Source: an uncultured bacterium (GTDB lineage Bacteria > Auribacterota > Erginobacteria > Erginobacterales > Erginobacteraceae). From it: DNA of 64,000 nt. The notes under the pieces are model-generated. The model saw only the letters and a program-made list of their open reading frames with translations, was not told the DNA's origin and made no database searches. Shown piece by piece: positions 46,590 to 56,969 of this stretch (position 1 is the first letter of the stretch; each line of letters opens with the position of its first letter). The DNA lies in the NCBI GenBank assembly GCA_963822585.1, contig CAWGIE010000019.1:249300-313299 (forward strand). Direction: 5' to 3'. The position numbers were made by a program, and so were the translations under genes.

Positions 46590-48092
46590 TTAATTATCCA
46601 GCAGGGCTTCCGACTCGGCGATGACCGTCTCCAGGTCGGCGGAGTCCCCCTTCCCCACTTTGACCAGATAGTTGGCGATACTCAGGTTAACCCGGATCCG
46701 GAAGAGGCCGATCTTCTCCTCGATCCCTTCTTCGGGTTCCTGGCGGTTTTTGAGGTAGGTCCTGATGAATTCCTCCTCCCGATATTTCTCCAGCACTTCC
46801 GGAAAATGGCGGAACTGGTGACGGAACTGGGAAAGGAAGCAGCCGACGTCAAAAGCGGGATCGAAAACCAGCGAACTGTCGAAATCAATCACCGAGATAA
46901 AGAGCGTGCTGATGTCCTGCATCCGGTCCTGGCCGATAATGATGTTCTTGGGATGATAATCGCCGTGAATTTGAATGAACCGGTCCCGCTCTGAGGCAAA
47001 TAATTTTTCCTCTCTCCGGGAGACATATTCGACCAGCTTTTCAAACCGGACCGGGCGGTTCCCCGGAGAAGGGCGAAGATTGGCAAGATAGGACTGAAAA
47101 CGCTTCCGCTCCCATCGGACCGTTCGATCGGCGCGGCCTAACCGGAGACCGAGATCGTGGAGACAGGCCAGCCAGCGGGCCCCCAGGCGGTAATACCTGA
47201 TCCCGACGGACGGGTTGACGTTCTTGAGCAGGTCGAAGAGGAGGGCGCCCCGCTGCCCTTCCTCGATGACGACCCTTTCCCGTTCATCGATGTCGATGAT
47301 CCGGGGAACCCGGAAGGTACCGCCCTCGAAACCGTGGCCGTGAAGAGCGGAGACAACCCGGCTGATGATCAGGGCCCGCTTCCATTTCTTTTCGGCCTCG
47401 AACCGTTTCAGGATCAGCCGCTGGCGGTACTCGTCCTCACCTTTCGTTCCCAGGCTGATCTTGGTCACCACGACATGGCTCCCGGCGGCGGGGATTTCCT
47501 TGAGCAGGGGCCGGCAGCGGCCGCTCCTGATCTCCCCGGCCAGTTCTTCCACCGTCTTCACCGGATGATCGAATTGGGTGGGGAAAGTTCCGGCGGCAGT
47601 TCCCTCGTGGGCGTCGCTGCCCGCGATCGCGGTAAAGCGGTACCGGTGCCAGAGATCGAGAGCCCGATAATTTTCCTTCGGTGAATGATTGATATTAAAG
47701 ATCTCCACCGCGTCCAGATGCGGACTCAGAAGCTGCTCCTGAGACGGATCATGACCGCGGAGGGGGTGGGCCCAGACCAGGGCGGCAGCCGGGAAAAGCC
47801 GGCGTAGTCGGGCAAGTTCGGTTTTCTCTCCGATCGTCCGATCCACCCCATAAACCAGAATGTGGCCGAGATCGGTCTCCACTTCCTGGGCGGCGAAGAT
47901 AAAAAAGTGATCTCCGCTCTCGGCCTCGCGCCGGAGGCGCTGCAGCTCCTCCCGGTTCCAGAGATAGTGGTGTTCGGTCAGAACGATCCCCTGCAGGTTC
48001 TTCTGCATCGCCTGACGGACAAGGTCCACCGGTTCCGCCTGGCTGCAGGCGGAATGACGGGACGTATGAACGTGCATCTCGAAGATCATCAA
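46590..48092 (-). CDS. Fusion of a PHP-domain phosphoesterase to an aminoglycoside/choline-kinase-like (APH fold) phosphotransferase domain.
   Basis: 500 aa. The N-terminus (EMHVHTSRHSACS...VLTEHH...GSDAH) is PHP-like. The C-terminus has the catalytic loop HGDYHPKNIIIG and the metal-binding VIDFD. Confidence 0.7.
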   Translation of the reverse strand: MMIFEMHVHTSRHSACSQAEPVDLVRQAMQKNLQGIVLTEHHYLWNREELQRLRREAESGDHFFIFAAQEVETDLGHILVYGVDRTIGEKTELARLRRLFPAAALVWAHPLRGHDPSQEQLLSPHLDAVEIFNINHSPKENYRALDLWHRYRFTAIAGSDAHEGTAAGTFPTQFDHPVKTVEELAGEIRSGRCRPLLKEIPAAGSHVVVTKISLGTKGEDEYRQRLILKRFEAEKKWKRALIISRVVSALHGHGFEGGTFRVPRIIDIDERERVVIEEGQRGALLFDLLKNVNPSVGIRYYRLGARWLACLHDLGLRLGRADRTVRWERKRFQSYLANLRPSPGNRPVRFEKLVEYVSRREEKLFASERDRFIQIHGDYHPKNIIIGQDRMQDISTLFISVIDFDSSLVFDPAFDVGCFLSQFRHQFRHFPEVLEKYREEEFIRTYLKNRQEPEEGIEEKIGLFRIRVNLSIANYLVKVGKGDSADLETVIAESEALLDN

Positions 48093-48490
48093 TATGTACC
48101 CCGGGGCCTTTTATCAGCCGCAAAAATGCGCAAAAATCGCAAAAGCTCCCACCGCCCTGCCCCCTTATACTAATACTAACAAATATCGAATAATGAATAT
48201 CGAACTTCGAAGGTTCGCCTTGTCTCGGTTCTTTTACTTCGACATTCGGTGTTCGATATTCTACAGTTCGTTATTCGCTTTTCTCCCCGCCTCTCCCCTT
48301 TTTTGACAGGACGATTTTGGGACGAGACGATTTCCCTTGGAGTAAAGAAGAAGACATCGAAGATTTAGTTGGACGTTCGATGTTCAGTTTTTCCCATCAC
48401 TCCACCAATCCAATACTCCATCACTCCCTGTCGCTTATACCTTTAGCACTGACGGTGCTTCATCTGTTGAAAATGTATTTCTCCTAATTA

Positions 48491-49201
48491 TCAATAACCC
48501 TTAAAGTTCTCGCTGATCACCTGTTCCGGCGGCAGTTTCAGGTCATTCCTGAGCATGGAAACGATCGCTTCGACCATTTTCGGCGGCCCGCAGACATAAA
48601 AGACCCAATCGGCGAAATCGGGGATCTCTTCCCTGATCACCTCGGAGCAGATCCGCCCCCGGCGGACCGTCCAGCCTTTGAGCGGCTTCTTTTCGGTCAC
48701 CGTCAGGCTAACCGAAAGGTTGGGATTCCGTGCTTCCATCTCCCTGAAATCATCGAGGAAGACGAAATCCGCGCAGCTCCGGGCAGAGTAAATGACCCGG
48801 GCCCGGGAAGAGGAACCGGTATCGGTCAAATAGCGGCAGATGCTCCGGATAGGAGTGATGCCGATTCCGCCGGAAAGAAAAGCCGCCCGGGGTGACTGCC
48901 CATCGAAGATGAACTGTCCGAGGGGAAGCTTCATCCTCACCCGGGCACCCGGCCTCAGGGAGAGGAGGGCCTGACAATATTCACTTTCGGAGAGCTTCTT
49001 GGTGAACTCCAGGTATCCCTTCTCGGTGGGTGAACTGGAAAAAGAGAAATAATGGTCGATCTCCTCTCCTTTCCAATTCAGGTAGAGCTGGAGAAATTGC
49101 CCGGGACGAAAATCAATCCCTTTCCGGTTGAACCGGAAACTGGTGACGTTATAAGTCCGTTTGATGACTTCGGTCAGGTCGGTCTCTATCTCATGGAACA
49201 T
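48491..49201 (-). CDS. FNR-like FAD/NAD(P)-binding oxidoreductase.
   Basis: 236 aa. It has the RxYS-type motif (HYFSFSS), GGIGITP, and the C-terminal YVCGPPKM. Confidence 0.75.
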   Translation of the reverse strand: MFHEIETDLTEVIKRTYNVTSFRFNRKGIDFRPGQFLQLYLNWKGEEIDHYFSFSSSPTEKGYLEFTKKLSESEYCQALLSLRPGARVRMKLPLGQFIFDGQSPRAAFLSGGIGITPIRSICRYLTDTGSSSRARVIYSARSCADFVFLDDFREMEARNPNLSVSLTVTEKKPLKGWTVRRGRICSEVIREEIPDFADWVFYVCGPPKMVEAIVSMLRNDLKLPPEQVISENFKGY

Positions 49202-49397
49202 GCGGGATCTCCTCGTTTATCTGCGACTAGTTAATGAATTTTTCGCCACGAAGGATACGAAGAATATTTGGGGAAGGGGGATTAGGGAGTGGGGAGTTGA
49301 AGCCATTCACCACTCTCCAATCCCTATTCTCTATATCGTGTCCTTCGTGGTTTAAAAAATATACGGATCAAAAGAGAACTCATAGATCCGGTTTGAA

Positions 49398-50846
49398 TCA
49401 CCGGTTGCAGAGGCGGGCCATGAGGCCCAGCAGTTTGCCTTTCCATCCGGCCAGAAGCTTCTCGTAAAACGTATCGGCGACTTTCCGGTTAAGACGGGAG
49501 AAGGTGGGATAAACGTGTATGAGGCCGGAGACGGCCGTCACCGGTATCCTCTCCTGCATGGCCAGCACCCATTCATGGATCAGCTCGCCGGCCCGGTCGG
49601 CGACGATGGCCGCGCCCAGAATCTCTCCCTTCTTCCCGCAGATAACCTTGGCCATCCCCTCGGTCTCTCCATCGGTTACCGCCCGATCGACGTCGGAACA
49701 GGGAAATCGGAGTACACGGTAGGGAAGCCCCGATTGTTTCGCCTCGTTTTCGGAGAGGCCGACCCGGGCCAGCTCCGGGTCGGTGAAGGTGCACCAGGGA
49801 ACCACCCGGTAATCGACCTTTTTACGGAACGGGAAGAGTGCGTTCTGGACCACGATCCTCGCCTCATATTCGGCCACATGGGTGAAGAGAAATTTATCTT
49901 TCACATCCCCGACCGCCCAGATGTTCCCGGCGGTTGTCCGGAGGTGGTCGTCCACGGAGATACCCTTCGGGCTATACTCGACCCCCGCTTTTTCGAGGTC
50001 GAGGCCTTCAACGTTGGCGGCACGGCCCAGGGCGACCAGGATCCCGGCGGCGCGGACCTCGTGTTTCTCGCCGTTCTTCTCGTAGGCAACGACTTTTTCG
50101 CCCCCTTCCGACCGGACTTCTACTATATCGACGCCGGTGGCAAACGCGGCGCCTTCCCTCTCCAGGCGCTTCCGGACCACCTCAACCATGTCTTCATCTT
50201 CCCGGGGCATGATCTGCGGCGCCTTGTCAAGCACCGTGACCGCTGACCCGAGGCGAATGAAAGCCTGGCAAAGTTCGATCGAGATCGGGCCGCCGCCGAT
50301 ATGAATCAGGGAAGAAGGCAGGCTCTCCATCTGAAAAATATCTTCATTGGAGATGTATCCGGTATCTTCCAGGCCCGGGATGGGAAAGACATGGGGATGC
50401 CCCCCGGTGGCGATAACGAATTTTTTACTCTCCATGACCCGCTCGCCGACCCGGATATGGTGGGGGTCGAGGAACCGGGGCGCGCCGAAAACCACCTCCA
50501 CCCCCTTTTCGCGGAAACGTTCCGGGGCATCATGCTCGGCAACCACGGCCTGGACCGCCCGGAGTTTTTCCAGGACGGCGGCGGTGGAGAAGGACGGGTC
50601 CATCCGGTTGAACCCGAATCGGTCGGCTGACCTGACAGCGGCGGCGACCCTGGCGGCGTGGAGAAGTGTTTTGCTGGGGACACAGCCCGTCCAGAGGCAG
50701 TCCCCTCCCAATTTATTCTTCTCGACCAGGGCGACCCGGAGACCGAGCCGGGCGGCCCCGAGAGCCGCGACCAGCCCCCCCGATCCTCCGCCGAGAACGA
50801 TAAGGTGGTAGGCGGCCATTGTTAACTCCTTGTTCAGGGATAGCAT
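49398..50846 (-). CDS. Class I pyridine nucleotide-disulfide oxidoreductase (dihydrolipoamide dehydrogenase / mercuric reductase-like, no NmerA domain).
   Basis: 482 aa. It has GGGSGG, the redox centre GGDCLWTGCVPSK, and a C-terminal dimerisation domain with HVYPTFS. Confidence 0.8.
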   Translation of the reverse strand: MLSLNKELTMAAYHLIVLGGGSGGLVAALGAARLGLRVALVEKNKLGGDCLWTGCVPSKTLLHAARVAAAVRSADRFGFNRMDPSFSTAAVLEKLRAVQAVVAEHDAPERFREKGVEVVFGAPRFLDPHHIRVGERVMESKKFVIATGGHPHVFPIPGLEDTGYISNEDIFQMESLPSSLIHIGGGPISIELCQAFIRLGSAVTVLDKAPQIMPREDEDMVEVVRKRLEREGAAFATGVDIVEVRSEGGEKVVAYEKNGEKHEVRAAGILVALGRAANVEGLDLEKAGVEYSPKGISVDDHLRTTAGNIWAVGDVKDKFLFTHVAEYEARIVVQNALFPFRKKVDYRVVPWCTFTDPELARVGLSENEAKQSGLPYRVLRFPCSDVDRAVTDGETEGMAKVICGKKGEILGAAIVADRAGELIHEWVLAMQERIPVTAVSGLIHVYPTFSRLNRKVADTFYEKLLAGWKGKLLGLMARLCNR

Positions 50847-50852
50847 CCCGGA

Positions 50853-51662
50853 TTACGGTTTCTCGTTTAAATCCCAGTTATAGGGCAGATACTCGATCTT
50901 ATATTCTTTTACCGGATCCAGGTCCGGGCGATATTTTAAGATGAAAGCCTTGACCCCGCCGGCGGCCGTAAAGTCGTCTTCGAACCAGTCGAATATCTTG
51001 GAGACGACCAGATGATCTCCTTCCGGCCGCACTCCTTTGGCCGGGTTCCGGAGAAACTCCCCGGTATTATCATCAAGCTGGCCGTAAACCGCACCGGGGA
51101 GGTATACCTCTTTGCGCAAGTTGGGGCAGGAGAGGGATGCGCAGACTATGGCGAAGTGGATCCTCGGCTCGTTAAACTGCTTTCTGAGAATATCATGCTC
51201 GATCTCGTTCAGTGTATACTCCTTCCCGCCGATCTTCCCGGCATCTTTCTTCCAGACCGAGGTAAAAAGTGATCCGATATCCTTGATACTCTCCACGGGA
51301 TAATGTTCCACCACCAGCTTTACGGCCAGAAAATTATAGGCGTTGATCCAGAAAGCAAGAGCATCCGGCCCCGGTTTGAGAGTGGGCGTGGAAAATCGCT
51401 CCAGACGATCGACCATTTTCGTGAAGGCGGGGTCTCTCTTAATCGCCGGGTAGTCGAGGACCGTCAACTCGATCCCCTCCTTCTCCGTCCGTGAAAGATA
51501 TTTTCCGAGCAGGGTCTGGTAGGGTTGCCAGAAATCCACTTGGTCGGCCAGGACGATGTCTTTTACCGCATCAGCGCCGGCGGACGCGAAGGGAGGGAGC
51601 ATTCCCATGGATACAATAAGCATAACGCCGAAAAGAATATATCCCCGCGAGAGTTCGGTCAT
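50853..51662 (-). CDS. DUF547-family protein with a signal/anchor sequence.
   Basis: 269 aa from an ATG preceded by GGGAGGAAAG. It has LAFWINAYNFLAVKLVVEHYP...HFAIVCASLSCPNL. The track ORF 50853..52304 is an over-extension. It overlaps the upstream gene by 4 nt. Confidence 0.75.
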   Translation of the reverse strand: MTELSRGYILFGVMLIVSMGMLPPFASAGADAVKDIVLADQVDFWQPYQTLLGKYLSRTEKEGIELTVLDYPAIKRDPAFTKMVDRLERFSTPTLKPGPDALAFWINAYNFLAVKLVVEHYPVESIKDIGSLFTSVWKKDAGKIGGKEYTLNEIEHDILRKQFNEPRIHFAIVCASLSCPNLRKEVYLPGAVYGQLDDNTGEFLRNPAKGVRPEGDHLVVSKIFDWFEDDFTAAGGVKAFILKYRPDLDPVKEYKIEYLPYNWDLNEKP

Positions 51663-52399
51663 GATCTTTCCTCCCCGGTTGCTCCAGCCTCTTTTCGAAA
51701 ACACACGCCGCCGGGACAGGTGTTCGCCAGCGCCCGGCGAGCGACACGGGTTATGTAGACAGTGACGGCGGCCGTGGCTACGAAACCGGCGATCTTCAAG
51801 ATCAACTGTCCTGTTTCGGCCCCCGTCGTAACGGAGTTGCCCAGGGAACCGATATAGACATACATGATCGTGCCGGGAAGCATGCCGATCCAGGAGGCGA
51901 AAAAATACCGGGAGAGGCGCACTCCGGTCAGGCCGTAGGCATAATTGAGAAGGGTAAAGGGGAAGACCGGCGAGAGGCGCGTAAGCAGGACGATAAGGAA
52001 ACCCCGCTGCCCGACCGCATCGTCGATGCTCTTGAACCGCGGATTGTTCTCCACCCTGCGGGCGATGGCATCCCGGGCCAGGTAGCGGCCGATCAGGAAG
52101 GCGGCCGTCGCGCCCAGGATGGAGCCGATCGAGACCAGGATCGTTCCGCCGACCAGGCCGTAAACCAGGCCCGCGGCCAGGGTGATGAGCCAGGCCGGAC
52201 CGGCCAGAACGGTCAGGACAATATAGACTATAATGAAGATAAGGTATCCGAAGGTCCCCTGTCCCTCGATCCAGGTGATGAGACCGTTCTCCCCGACCAG
52301 CCATTCCTTGACCGGCAGCATCTTGAAAGCAACGACCAGGCCGGCCAGGATGATAAGAAGGATAAGAATTTTAAGGGCCGTTTCCCTTTTTACCTCCAT
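51659..52399 (-). CDS. TVP38/TMEM64 (DedA-related) family membrane protein.
   Basis: 246 aa. It has ...LTRLSPVFPFTLLNYAYGLT.... Confidence 0.8.
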   Translation of the reverse strand: MEVKRETALKILILLIILAGLVVAFKMLPVKEWLVGENGLITWIEGQGTFGYLIFIIVYIVLTVLAGPAWLITLAAGLVYGLVGGTILVSIGSILGATAAFLIGRYLARDAIARRVENNPRFKSIDDAVGQRGFLIVLLTRLSPVFPFTLLNYAYGLTGVRLSRYFFASWIGMLPGTIMYVYIGSLGNSVTTGAETGQLILKIAGFVATAAVTVYITRVARRALANTCPGGVCFRKEAGATGEERS

Positions 52400-52424
52400 A
52401 TCTTCAGGCTCCCTTCAAACCTCA

Positions 52425-53993
52425 TCACAACGTGAACCAGCTCCGTCCTTCTTTCGCAAGCAGCACGGCCGCCTCGTCCGGACCCCAGGTCCCGGCGGGA
52501 TAGTTGGGAAAACCGGTGGGAGGTACCGCCTCCCAACAGTCGATGATGGGATCGACAATATCCCACTGCGCTTCCACCCCGTCCCGGCGGATGAAGAGCG
52601 TCATGTCGCCCTTCATGCAGTCGATCAGGAGACGCTGATAAGGCGGTCGGTTTTTCATCTTGAATGCCGCCTGGTAGTCGAACTCCATCGTCACCGGATA
52701 GATTACGTTCCGAGCCCGGGGATACTTGACGCCGAAATGGAGAAAGATTTCTTCCCGGGGCTGGATGGTGAGAACAAGCGTGTTGGGATGAAGTGTTTCG
52801 CAGGTCCGGCTGAAGAGCCGCAGAGGAGGCTGCTTGAACTGGATACAGATCTGGGTAACACGGCGGGGGAGGCGCTTCCCCGCCCGGATATAGAACGGAA
52901 CGCCGGCCCAGCGCCAGGAATCGATCAGGAGCCGGGCGGCGATGAAGGTGGGCGTCAGGGAATCCGGAGAGACCGCCGCTTCCTCCCGGTAAGCGGCGAC
53001 CGCCGATCCGTCCACGTTCCCCGGGCCGTACTGGCCCCGGACCGCGAAGTCGTCGACGGTTTTTTCATCCATCACCCGGATCGATCGGAATATCTTGACC
53101 TTCTCGTCCCGGATATAATCGGCCTGGAAGCCGACCGGTGGCTCCATGGCAACCAGGGCGACGAGCTGAAGCATGTGGTTCTGGACGATATCCCGCACCA
53201 CGCCGGCATGCTCGTAAAATGAGCCGCGGTGCCCGATTCCGATACTCTCCGCCACGGTTATCTGGACGTTGTCGACATAGCGGCGATTCCAGAGTGGCTC
53301 GAAGATGGAGTTCGCGAAACGGAAGAAGATGATGTTTTGGACGGTCTCCTTCCCCAGGTAGTGATCGATCCGGTATATCTGTCTCTCATCAAAGGCTTCC
53401 AGGATCGCGCGATTGAGCGTTTCCGCGGTCGCACGGTTATCTCCGAAAGGTTTTTCGATGATAATTTTGGTATCGAACCGCTCCCGGCAGAGCTGGTGGG
53501 CGGCCAGCCGGCGGACGATGACCGGGAAGCAGGAAGGGGGAACCGCCATGTAATAGATCACAGGCCGCTTCGCCTCTCCCTGCCGGGCGCCGCAGAGACG
53601 GTTCAGCTCTCTCACCAGTTTCTCATAGTTCGCGTCTGTATCGAAATCCCCGGGGAGATACTCGAGATGGGGGGCAAACTCATCCCACTTCTCCTGATTG
53701 AAAGGTTCTTCTCCGAACTCACGGACGGCTTCGCCGACCAGCTTCCGGTAGCCGGGAGAGTCTATCTCGGGGAGGCCGAAACCGACGATGGAGAAATCCT
53801 CCGGGAGGTCACCCTCCCGGAAGATGTGAAAGAGGGTGGGGAGGAGTTTGCGGCGGCTCAGGTCGCCCGCGCCGCCAAAGATCACCATGGTGAAGGGCGC
53901 GATCCGGGAGTCGTCGAGGGGGATATCGCAGGTCTGCAGCAGAGTATTATTATCCATATCGTTCATTCTATCTGATGTTCCTAGACTGTGCAA
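52425..53993 (-). CDS. zwf: Glucose-6-phosphate dehydrogenase.
   Basis: 522 aa. It has [18 protein letters not shown], the active-site motif RIDHYLGKE, and EKPFG. The start codon is uncertain within the first 13 codons. Confidence 0.95.
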   Translation of the reverse strand: MHSLGTSDRMNDMDNNTLLQTCDIPLDDSRIAPFTMVIFGGAGDLSRRKLLPTLFHIFREGDLPEDFSIVGFGLPEIDSPGYRKLVGEAVREFGEEPFNQEKWDEFAPHLEYLPGDFDTDANYEKLVRELNRLCGARQGEAKRPVIYYMAVPPSCFPVIVRRLAAHQLCRERFDTKIIIEKPFGDNRATAETLNRAILEAFDERQIYRIDHYLGKETVQNIIFFRFANSIFEPLWNRRYVDNVQITVAESIGIGHRGSFYEHAGVVRDIVQNHMLQLVALVAMEPPVGFQADYIRDEKVKIFRSIRVMDEKTVDDFAVRGQYGPGNVDGSAVAAYREEAAVSPDSLTPTFIAARLLIDSWRWAGVPFYIRAGKRLPRRVTQICIQFKQPPLRLFSRTCETLHPNTLVLTIQPREEIFLHFGVKYPRARNVIYPVTMEFDYQAAFKMKNRPPYQRLLIDCMKGDMTLFIRRDGVEAQWDIVDPIIDCWEAVPPTGFPNYPAGTWGPDEAAVLLAKEGRSWFTL

Positions 53994-54052
53994 AACATAG
54001 TATAACCACGAAGGACACGAAGAACACGAAGAAAAGAAAAATATCAGGGAAC

Positions 54053-54724
54053 TCAGTCAGGGTATAGTTCACTGATGACCTGCCTGGTATGGGGTGGAAT
54101 GACTCTATCGGAAGGTTCCCCACCCGAGGCGAAGGTGTCCAGATCACTTACCCGGTCAATGTCAGCCAGCTCTTCAAGAAGTTGAAACGAACATCCCTCA
54201 CGTTTCAAGGCCGCAATGGTTTTACACAAGACCGCTTTTGTCCCCCACTCGATGCCGGTGAAGAGTTCGGGGAACTCATGGGATAATCCAACCAGATAAT
54301 ATCCGCCGTCCCGGGCCGGGCCCAGGACGGCGGGACAGTCCTCCAGGGCGGCAAAGGCATCGCGGAGATCGGCGGCCGCCAGGAGCGGGCAGTCGGAGCC
54401 GATCAAAACGATCTTCTGAAAACGGCGCTGAAAATATCGCCGGAAGGCGGCGACCATTCTCGCTCCCAGATCGTCGCCCTGCTGGGGGAAACAATCGACG
54501 GCTCCGGGGGCCACGGTATGGAAATACGGTCCCGCGCCTTCTCCCCGATACCCGACGGCGAAAGGACGCCCCGTTGCCCGGAGCGTGTCGAGCGTGTCCA
54601 GCAGAAAGGCCTCATAGAGCCGGGCGGCCTGTTCCGGACCGATACCCGCCGCCAGCCGGGTTTTGACCCTGCCGGGGACGGGTTCTCGAGCGAACAATAT
54701 TAGGATTTCAGAATTTTTCACCAA
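54053..54724 (-). CDS. DUF2064 / TIGR04282-like glycosyltransferase.
   Basis: 223 aa. [19 protein letters not shown]...LYEAFLLDT...IGSDCP...DGGYYL is the family pattern as I recall it. Confidence 0.7.
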   Translation of the reverse strand: MVKNSEILILFAREPVPGRVKTRLAAGIGPEQAARLYEAFLLDTLDTLRATGRPFAVGYRGEGAGPYFHTVAPGAVDCFPQQGDDLGARMVAAFRRYFQRRFQKIVLIGSDCPLLAAADLRDAFAALEDCPAVLGPARDGGYYLVGLSHEFPELFTGIEWGTKAVLCKTIAALKREGCSFQLLEELADIDRVSDLDTFASGGEPSDRVIPPHTRQVISELYPD

Positions 54725-55084
54725 AACATATTTTATTCACCGCGAAGAACACGAAGAATAAAAACAAATAATAAATCACAAGCACCAAATAACAAACAAA
54801 TCACAATTTCAAAATTACAATGACCGAAACATCCAAACGACGGCGTGGCATTGGCCATCTTTACTTCTCGAAGAGTGTAGTTAATATCTTTGTTTGCTCA
54901 TTAGCTTCCTTGCAGCTTTGGCAAACTGGACGTTCCGCTTCGGGACCATATTTCGACCCGTGGTTTGTGATTTTGGTCATTAGGTATTTGGAATTTATTT
55001 GTCATTTGGAATTTGTGATTTGGAATTTTACTCGAAAATAATTTATTACAATGTCTGAGTTATTGCCCGAACATACAGTAATGA

Positions 55085-55789
55085 TTACCCTATCACTCCA
55101 TAGATTCGGGCCAGGATATCGGGGGAGACGCCGAGACGGAAGAGGAGCGGGAGGGCCTTGAGTTTGATGAAATTGCCCAGAAGGTTCTTTTCCCATCGGC
55201 GGCCCGATACCCGGACAATGCCGTCCACCAGCATGATCTTTCCCTCCCGGGAGAGCCGGCGGGAGAAATCGAGGTCCTCCATGACCGGATAGTCACGGAA
55301 ACCACCGATGCGTCCAAAGATCGGGCGGGGAAGAAAGAGAGCCTGGTCCCCGTAGGGACGCCGTGTAAAGCGGGAACGCCAGTCGGCGGTCCGGACCAGT
55401 GCCTTGAACAGCCGGGTATGGGGCTGATCAAGGACCGTCTCGATCTTGAAGGCCCCACCGACCACGCCCGGGACCGAGAGCGCCGCGGCAATCAGGCCGG
55501 CTGTTTTGAAGGGGAGTATGGCGTCAGCATGAAGAAAGAGCAGCACTTCCCCCGCGGCGGCCTGCGCCCCCCGGTTCATCTGCCGACCTCTGCCAGGTGA
55601 ACCGGTAACAATGATGACTTCCGGATATATCCGTGCCAGCTCCAAAGTCCGGTCACAGCTCCCCCCGTCGGAGACGATGATCTCAGCCTCCCGGCCGGGG
55701 AAAACCTGGCGCACGTTATCCAGAGTGAGGCCGATCCTTTTCTCCTCGTTCAACGAGGGAATAACTACGCTCAGCCAGGGAGAATTCAT
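55085..55789 (-). CDS. GT2-family glycosyltransferase (TIGR04283-like).
   Basis: 234 aa from MNSPWLSVVIPSLNEE, with ...SDGGSCDRT...FLHAD... The 28-codon upstream extension in the track lies in repeat DNA. Confidence 0.7.
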   Translation of the reverse strand: MNSPWLSVVIPSLNEEKRIGLTLDNVRQVFPGREAEIIVSDGGSCDRTLELARIYPEVIIVTGSPGRGRQMNRGAQAAAGEVLLFLHADAILPFKTAGLIAAALSVPGVVGGAFKIETVLDQPHTRLFKALVRTADWRSRFTRRPYGDQALFLPRPIFGRIGGFRDYPVMEDLDFSRRLSREGKIMLVDGIVRVSGRRWEKNLLGNFIKLKALPLLFRLGVSPDILARIYGVIG

Positions 55790-56128
55790 GATAGAACTTA
55801 GCGCCTGCGGCGCTACTAATGACGAAATCCGAATGACGAATGACGAATGAAATCCAAATGACAAATGAACCAATTCTCAATTTCCTTTCTGCTCCGCGGC
55901 GCGGGCAATGGAGGCGCATTTGGTCATCCGCCTTCGCGAGAGCGCCGAAGCCGCTCCGGCGGCGGCGCGTTGGTATTTGTTTTTCGTCATTCTTTCGTCA
56001 TTCATGTTGTTTTTACTAATTTATTGAAATTCCGAAGCGGAAACGAGGGAGCGTCCCCGTTAAAATCGGCCGGGGGGGGGAAATATTCGGAGGGAGGGAC
56101 TCCTCCCTGACTGACGACCGGGAGCGAT

Positions 56129-56404
56129 CTACTTGAAATTGTGTTTTATGTAATGGTCCGGGTTGACCCCGATGTACTCAGGACAGAAGACCTTCTTGCC
56201 ATCGCACATGGGGCAGTCGTGTCCCACCCTATCTCGAAATTTTTTCCTGATCGCCGACGAGGCCGCGAGGTAATTTGCCCCGGCCGGATCAAGGGCGTTT
56301 TCTTCCCCGCTGGCGGCAAGCTTGTTGAGGCAGATCTGTTCTTTGCTGATCTCTGTAGCTGCCTCATCACCCTTATTCCGCAGATGTCGAAAAAAGCGCA
56401 TCAT
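56129..56404 (-). CDS. Hypothetical small protein with a CPMC...C motif.
   Basis: 91 aa with a weak SD. I recognised no family. Confidence 0.4.
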   Translation of the reverse strand: MMRFFRHLRNKGDEAATEISKEQICLNKLAASGEENALDPAGANYLAASSAIRKKFRDRVGHDCPMCDGKKVFCPEYIGVNPDHYIKHNFK

Positions 56405-56421
56405 CGGCTCTCTAAGGTAGT

Positions 56422-56717
56422 GGGCTTAACCCGATTTATTCATAAATCGGGTTAGTTTTGAACCATGACCAAGCTTACATGAACAGCCACACGAAAAAAT
56501 ATTAATTTTATCAAATTCTCCGGCAATGAATTACAGCCAAAGGCCCGCTTCTGCCGACCGCGTTAACAGGAAGAATACCATGTCCCCCTTTCGGAGAAGA
56601 AAAAGCAGAGTGCTGTCGCCGCATAAACAAGATCGCTATTCATACTATATTGAACGACAATTAGTAACCTGGATTATTCATGATAATTTTCAATTTTCAT
56701 GAATAATCCAGGTTAAG
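56422..56717 (+). repeat. Copy 2 of the 296-bp hairpin-bounded element.
   Basis: It is collinear with 9467-9762. The ends are nearly identical and substitutions cluster in the centre. Confidence 0.85.
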
Positions 56718-56969
56718 GCCTTCTCCCTCAGGGCTCCAAGTGCATGAAGCCAATTGCTAAAAAGATGTTACCCCAAACAACCGGAGAATGTCACGAAAAA
56801 TACAGCGAACCGCTCTTCGGATTACTGTCCGTTGAACCGTGACTCCTTGCTATAAACGTCAAAAGTATCTGGTGAATAATACGGGATGGTCGTATAATCC
56901 CTGCGGCCCCCGGGGCTCGGTTTAGCCGGATCTGATGTTTTAATCACTTTTCTTTTCAGCGGATAGACG

